Of a stretch of DNA of 64,000 bases, positions 60,873-64,000 are shown piece after piece. A program made the translations under genes and the position numbers. The stretch comes from Octopus sinensis (Eukaryota), in contig NC_042997.1 of NCBI RefSeq assembly GCF_006345805.1, positions 89,342,001 through 89,406,000 of the forward strand, given 5' to 3'. Numbering within the stretch: position 1 is the first letter of the stretch; each line of letters starts with the position of its first letter. The notes under the pieces were generated by a model that made no database searches, was not told where the DNA came from, and saw nothing but the letters and a program-made list of their open reading frames with translations.

Positions 60873-61082
60873 TCCTTTAACATTTAATCTGGCCCACATA
60901 TTCTACTTGCTTTATGTTAAAAGAGACCAGATCCAACCTCTCTTGTTTACCCTATAATGTCATTCTAAAAGTATACAAACACATCATTGAAATCTTGAAG
61001 CGAGAAGTTAATGCGTGATTAATTCAAAACAATGTGAATAAATTAGCAATACATTTGACAAAGAAATCTGAATGCTAAAGGA
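60873..61082. mobile_element. piggyBac-like MITE, second family (related decayed copy ~25583-25790)
   Basis: TTAA|tcctttaacatt ... aatgctaaagga|TTAG; internal homology with 25583-25790. Confidence 0.65.
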
Positions 61083-61219
61083 TTAGAGTTGTCAGGAATA
61101 AGGCCACTGATGTGTAACATAAAAGAATAAGTCTTTTTACAAAACTGGCTGTGCAGTAAATCTTATTAATGACTAAGGAGGCAGTAGAACTTACTGTCAT
61201 GAATAAAGTGGTTGTTTAA

Positions 61220-61439
61220 CCCTTTTGTTACCAACCCGGCTGAAACCGGCTCTGGCTCTGAGTACAAATGTCTTGTTTTCACAAGTTTTGAATTTAAATC
61301 TTCCACCAAACCTAAGTCACAATTTATGTTCCTAACACTAACTGAATGATAACCAAGTTATTTTACTAAATTATATTTTATATTTAAAGTAATTCAAAGA
61401 AACACAGAGCATCTCAAAATAAATACAGTAACGAAAGGG
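61220..61439. mobile_element. piggyBac-like MITE
   Basis: TTAA|cccttttgttac ... gtaacgaaaggg|TTAA. Confidence 0.8.
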
Positions 61440-62451
61440 TTAAGCCCTATTTCATTACTGTATGAGATATTGGAAGGAATGTGATAGAGCAGTAGAATAT
61501 CACCAGCTTAGGTGATTTTGTAAATGATTAGGTTTTAAATAAAAGCATATAATGAACATATAACAATAATTTATTTGGTCATTACTGAAGATTTTCCCCT
61601 TCATGTTGTGTGCAGAGGGCAAATGAAACATAAACATTCAATTTATCAGACTATTACAGATGCAAAGTGTGAAGTGAATTGAAACAGTTTAAAATACTAC
61701 TGTAAATATTGGTTTCAAATTTTGGTGCAAGGCCAGCAATTTCACATAGGGCAAAACTTGAACTCAGAACAAAAAGATGGATGAAATGGTATTTTGTGTG
61801 GCATGCTAACAGTTATACCAGCTTATGTCCTTACAACTGAAAATATTGTTAAAAGCTATTATAAATCATTAGTATGGGTGATTAGTGACCAGAAATTATA
61901 GTTTATATTTTAATAATTATCTAGAGACACAGTTGATGTTCTTGAATAACTGACAGCTGATGGAAAAACATGGGCAAGGAGGAAAGTGCAAAGGGATAAT
62001 ATTTTGGAAAGGAAAGGCTAAGGAAAAGTGGTAAGTGTATGGGGTGGGATGCAAACAATATGGGTAACAAGATGAGTGAGTTAAGAGGGATGGGTGAGGT
62101 AGTACAAGAACATATCTAGAAGACAAGATGGAAAAATATAATGTAGATGAGTATTGATGTTTTCTTTAATTTGTTGAAAGAAGATTTGATAAGTATTGTC
62201 TTTTGTATATGACCTTTATGCTATAAATAGCTCATGCATCAAATATTTAGCTCAATATGTCATCACTGCACGTGCTAATTTTATAATCCTCATCAAAGAC
62301 TTAACATAATAAAGTTTTATCTAAATTGACATCAGTTTCTCCTTAAGTCTTAAAGATACTCTAGTTTTGGATAGTTGCTAACCCTTTGATGGCATAAATA
62401 CACTCCACATAAGAATACTACCAATATTTGTGTACACAAATATAATCCATG

Positions 62452-62452
<1 letters not shown>

Positions 62453-62525
<73 letters not shown>
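62453..62525. repeat. Compound (TA)n(TG)n microsatellite (others: (TA)n ~4288, ~7454, ~29613, ~30366, ~57973, ~59876; (TG)n ~22122, ~37619; (AAT)n/(GA)n ~56406-56450)
   Basis: Directly visible dinucleotide and trinucleotide runs. Confidence 0.95.
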
Positions 62526-62528
<3 letters not shown>

Positions 62529-63347
62529 AATCGCATGCACTTACATTAAACTGCATCCTAGAAAGAGATCTTAAGAAAAACTCCCTTTCATTAACAAATG
62601 GCTCATTGTTCTTCTTCATCTCACTTGTCTCTTCTACAATGACATCTACTTCTTTTGTATTGCTAACTCTGTCATCTCCATCTCATCTTTTCACTATATA
62701 TGTTTCTTCCAGTTTCATGCTAAACATGTTGCCAGAACTTCATCTTTCTCAAACACTATATCACACTTCTCACAGTTAATTAAATTAAAATTAAACATGA
62801 ACCACACTACTTTAGCCTTCCTCAATCTTCCAATCTATGAGGACTTAAGAGGCTTAAAGGCTCTGACTAATGAATAATAATGAATATTGAGTCTCACATA
62901 CACACAAGAATTGATATTTTTAAAGGAAAGAAATGGAAAATTGTGGCTATTGAGCTTTCACTGTTCTACCATACTATCAGTTCCAAATAATTGAATAATA
63001 ACCTTTATCTAGGTACAAATCAGAAATTTGTGGTTGATTATATCAACCCCAATTCTTGATTGGTACTTTATTTTATCAATCCCAGAAGGAGAAAAGGCAA
63101 AATTAACCTCTGTAGGATTTGAACTCTAAATGTAAAAAGCTGGAACAAACACTGCAAAGCATTTTGCTTGACACTTAAATGGTCACCAGTCCACCATTTT
63201 GGGACTAGACCACCATCATTATCATCTCTTCTACTTGCAGTGTGTCAGACATTGTATGAGAGCGAATGACCTTCTTATATAGAGATTGCTGCTTTTCCAT
63301 TAAAATTTTTTCTCTTCTGTGAGTAAATGTGACATTGAAAAGATCTC

Positions 63348-63379
<32 letters not shown>

Positions 63380-64000
63380 ACACACATTCATTCTAGTTTC
63401 TATGAAGTCATATCTACCAGATTTGTTTGCCTTTCTCCTTTCAGTCAAAAACTTTTGCTGAGGAAGGTGAGAGACCATGGGAGTGAGCCCTACTGTGTAT
63501 AGTGCAATGAAACTTGCACTACTGAGCTCTCTTTGCCTCACAATCTTTCGATTGATATACCACAAAGTTTAGTTGTGTCTCCAACACACTTATGTCGTTA
63601 ATGACTTGCTTTCTGTTACACCAATTTTCTTGGTAACATTCACATACAATCTAGATAATTCATGCTAGACATGCACTACTTCTGTGTACAAAGGTCTTGA
63701 AGAATATTTAATGGCAACATAACTTAGTTACCTTCAGAACTACAAAGGTATAATTGCTACTTATACTAATAAATTACACTTACTCTATGTGTGAACAACA
63801 TGAAACTAAAGCTTTCAGTTGCTATGAAGGTTAAGCTTGAAAATCATTAACCTCCTATGGTGACTTCACATATATAATGTTGACAAATGTGTATCTTTAG
63901 GCCAAAATATATTCCACTTTTGTTTATTTATAGGCTCTTTATAAATCTTAAATATAACCTACATTGAAGACTGTTCACATGTCAGTGATAGTATGGCTGC

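Noticed and set aside
62581-62780. Pyrimidine-rich tract ending in ttccag as a possible SPRING1 exon 2
   Set aside because: No recognisable SPRING1 similarity or donor site; resembles the reverse of the purine-rich repeat at 48500-48720.

Overview
AT-rich, repeat-dense animal genomic DNA. The SINE and LINE-tail families look like those of octopus (coleoid cephalopod); this taxon call is an inference. Main content: the 3' two-thirds of a RAD50 gene on the + strand. I reconstructed 24 GT-AG coding exons from 1156 to 48176 (2514 nt, 837 aa plus stop, reading frame continuous across every junction). They contain the CPLC zinc hook, the [12 protein letters not shown] signature, Walker B/D-loop (LDEPTTNLD) and the H-loop (ITHDE). 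The 5' exons lie upstream of the window. About 9 kb downstream is the first coding exon of a SPRING1/C12orf49 orthologue (57498-57590, +). Introns and the intergenic interval hold a full-length decayed cecropia-type mariner, a full-length decayed Tigger/pogo element, RTE and L1/Tx1 LINE fragments, hAT- and piggyBac-type MITEs, several SINE families, fold-back elements and microsatellites. Most interesting observations: (1) two minimal hammerhead-ribozyme-like motifs in neighbouring RAD50 introns; (2) a locus-specific inverted duplication bracketing an in-frame 591-nt five-exon block (circRNA or exon-block-skipping candidate); (3) a perfect 183-bp AT-rich palindrome in a fold-back cluster just downstream of RAD50; (4) codons in the conserved ATPase head that a single A-to-G (A-to-I) change would return to the usual residue; (5) a Tigger 5' end rich in intact CpGs next to the SPRING1 start. 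All coordinates and identities were read by eye; no database searches were run.
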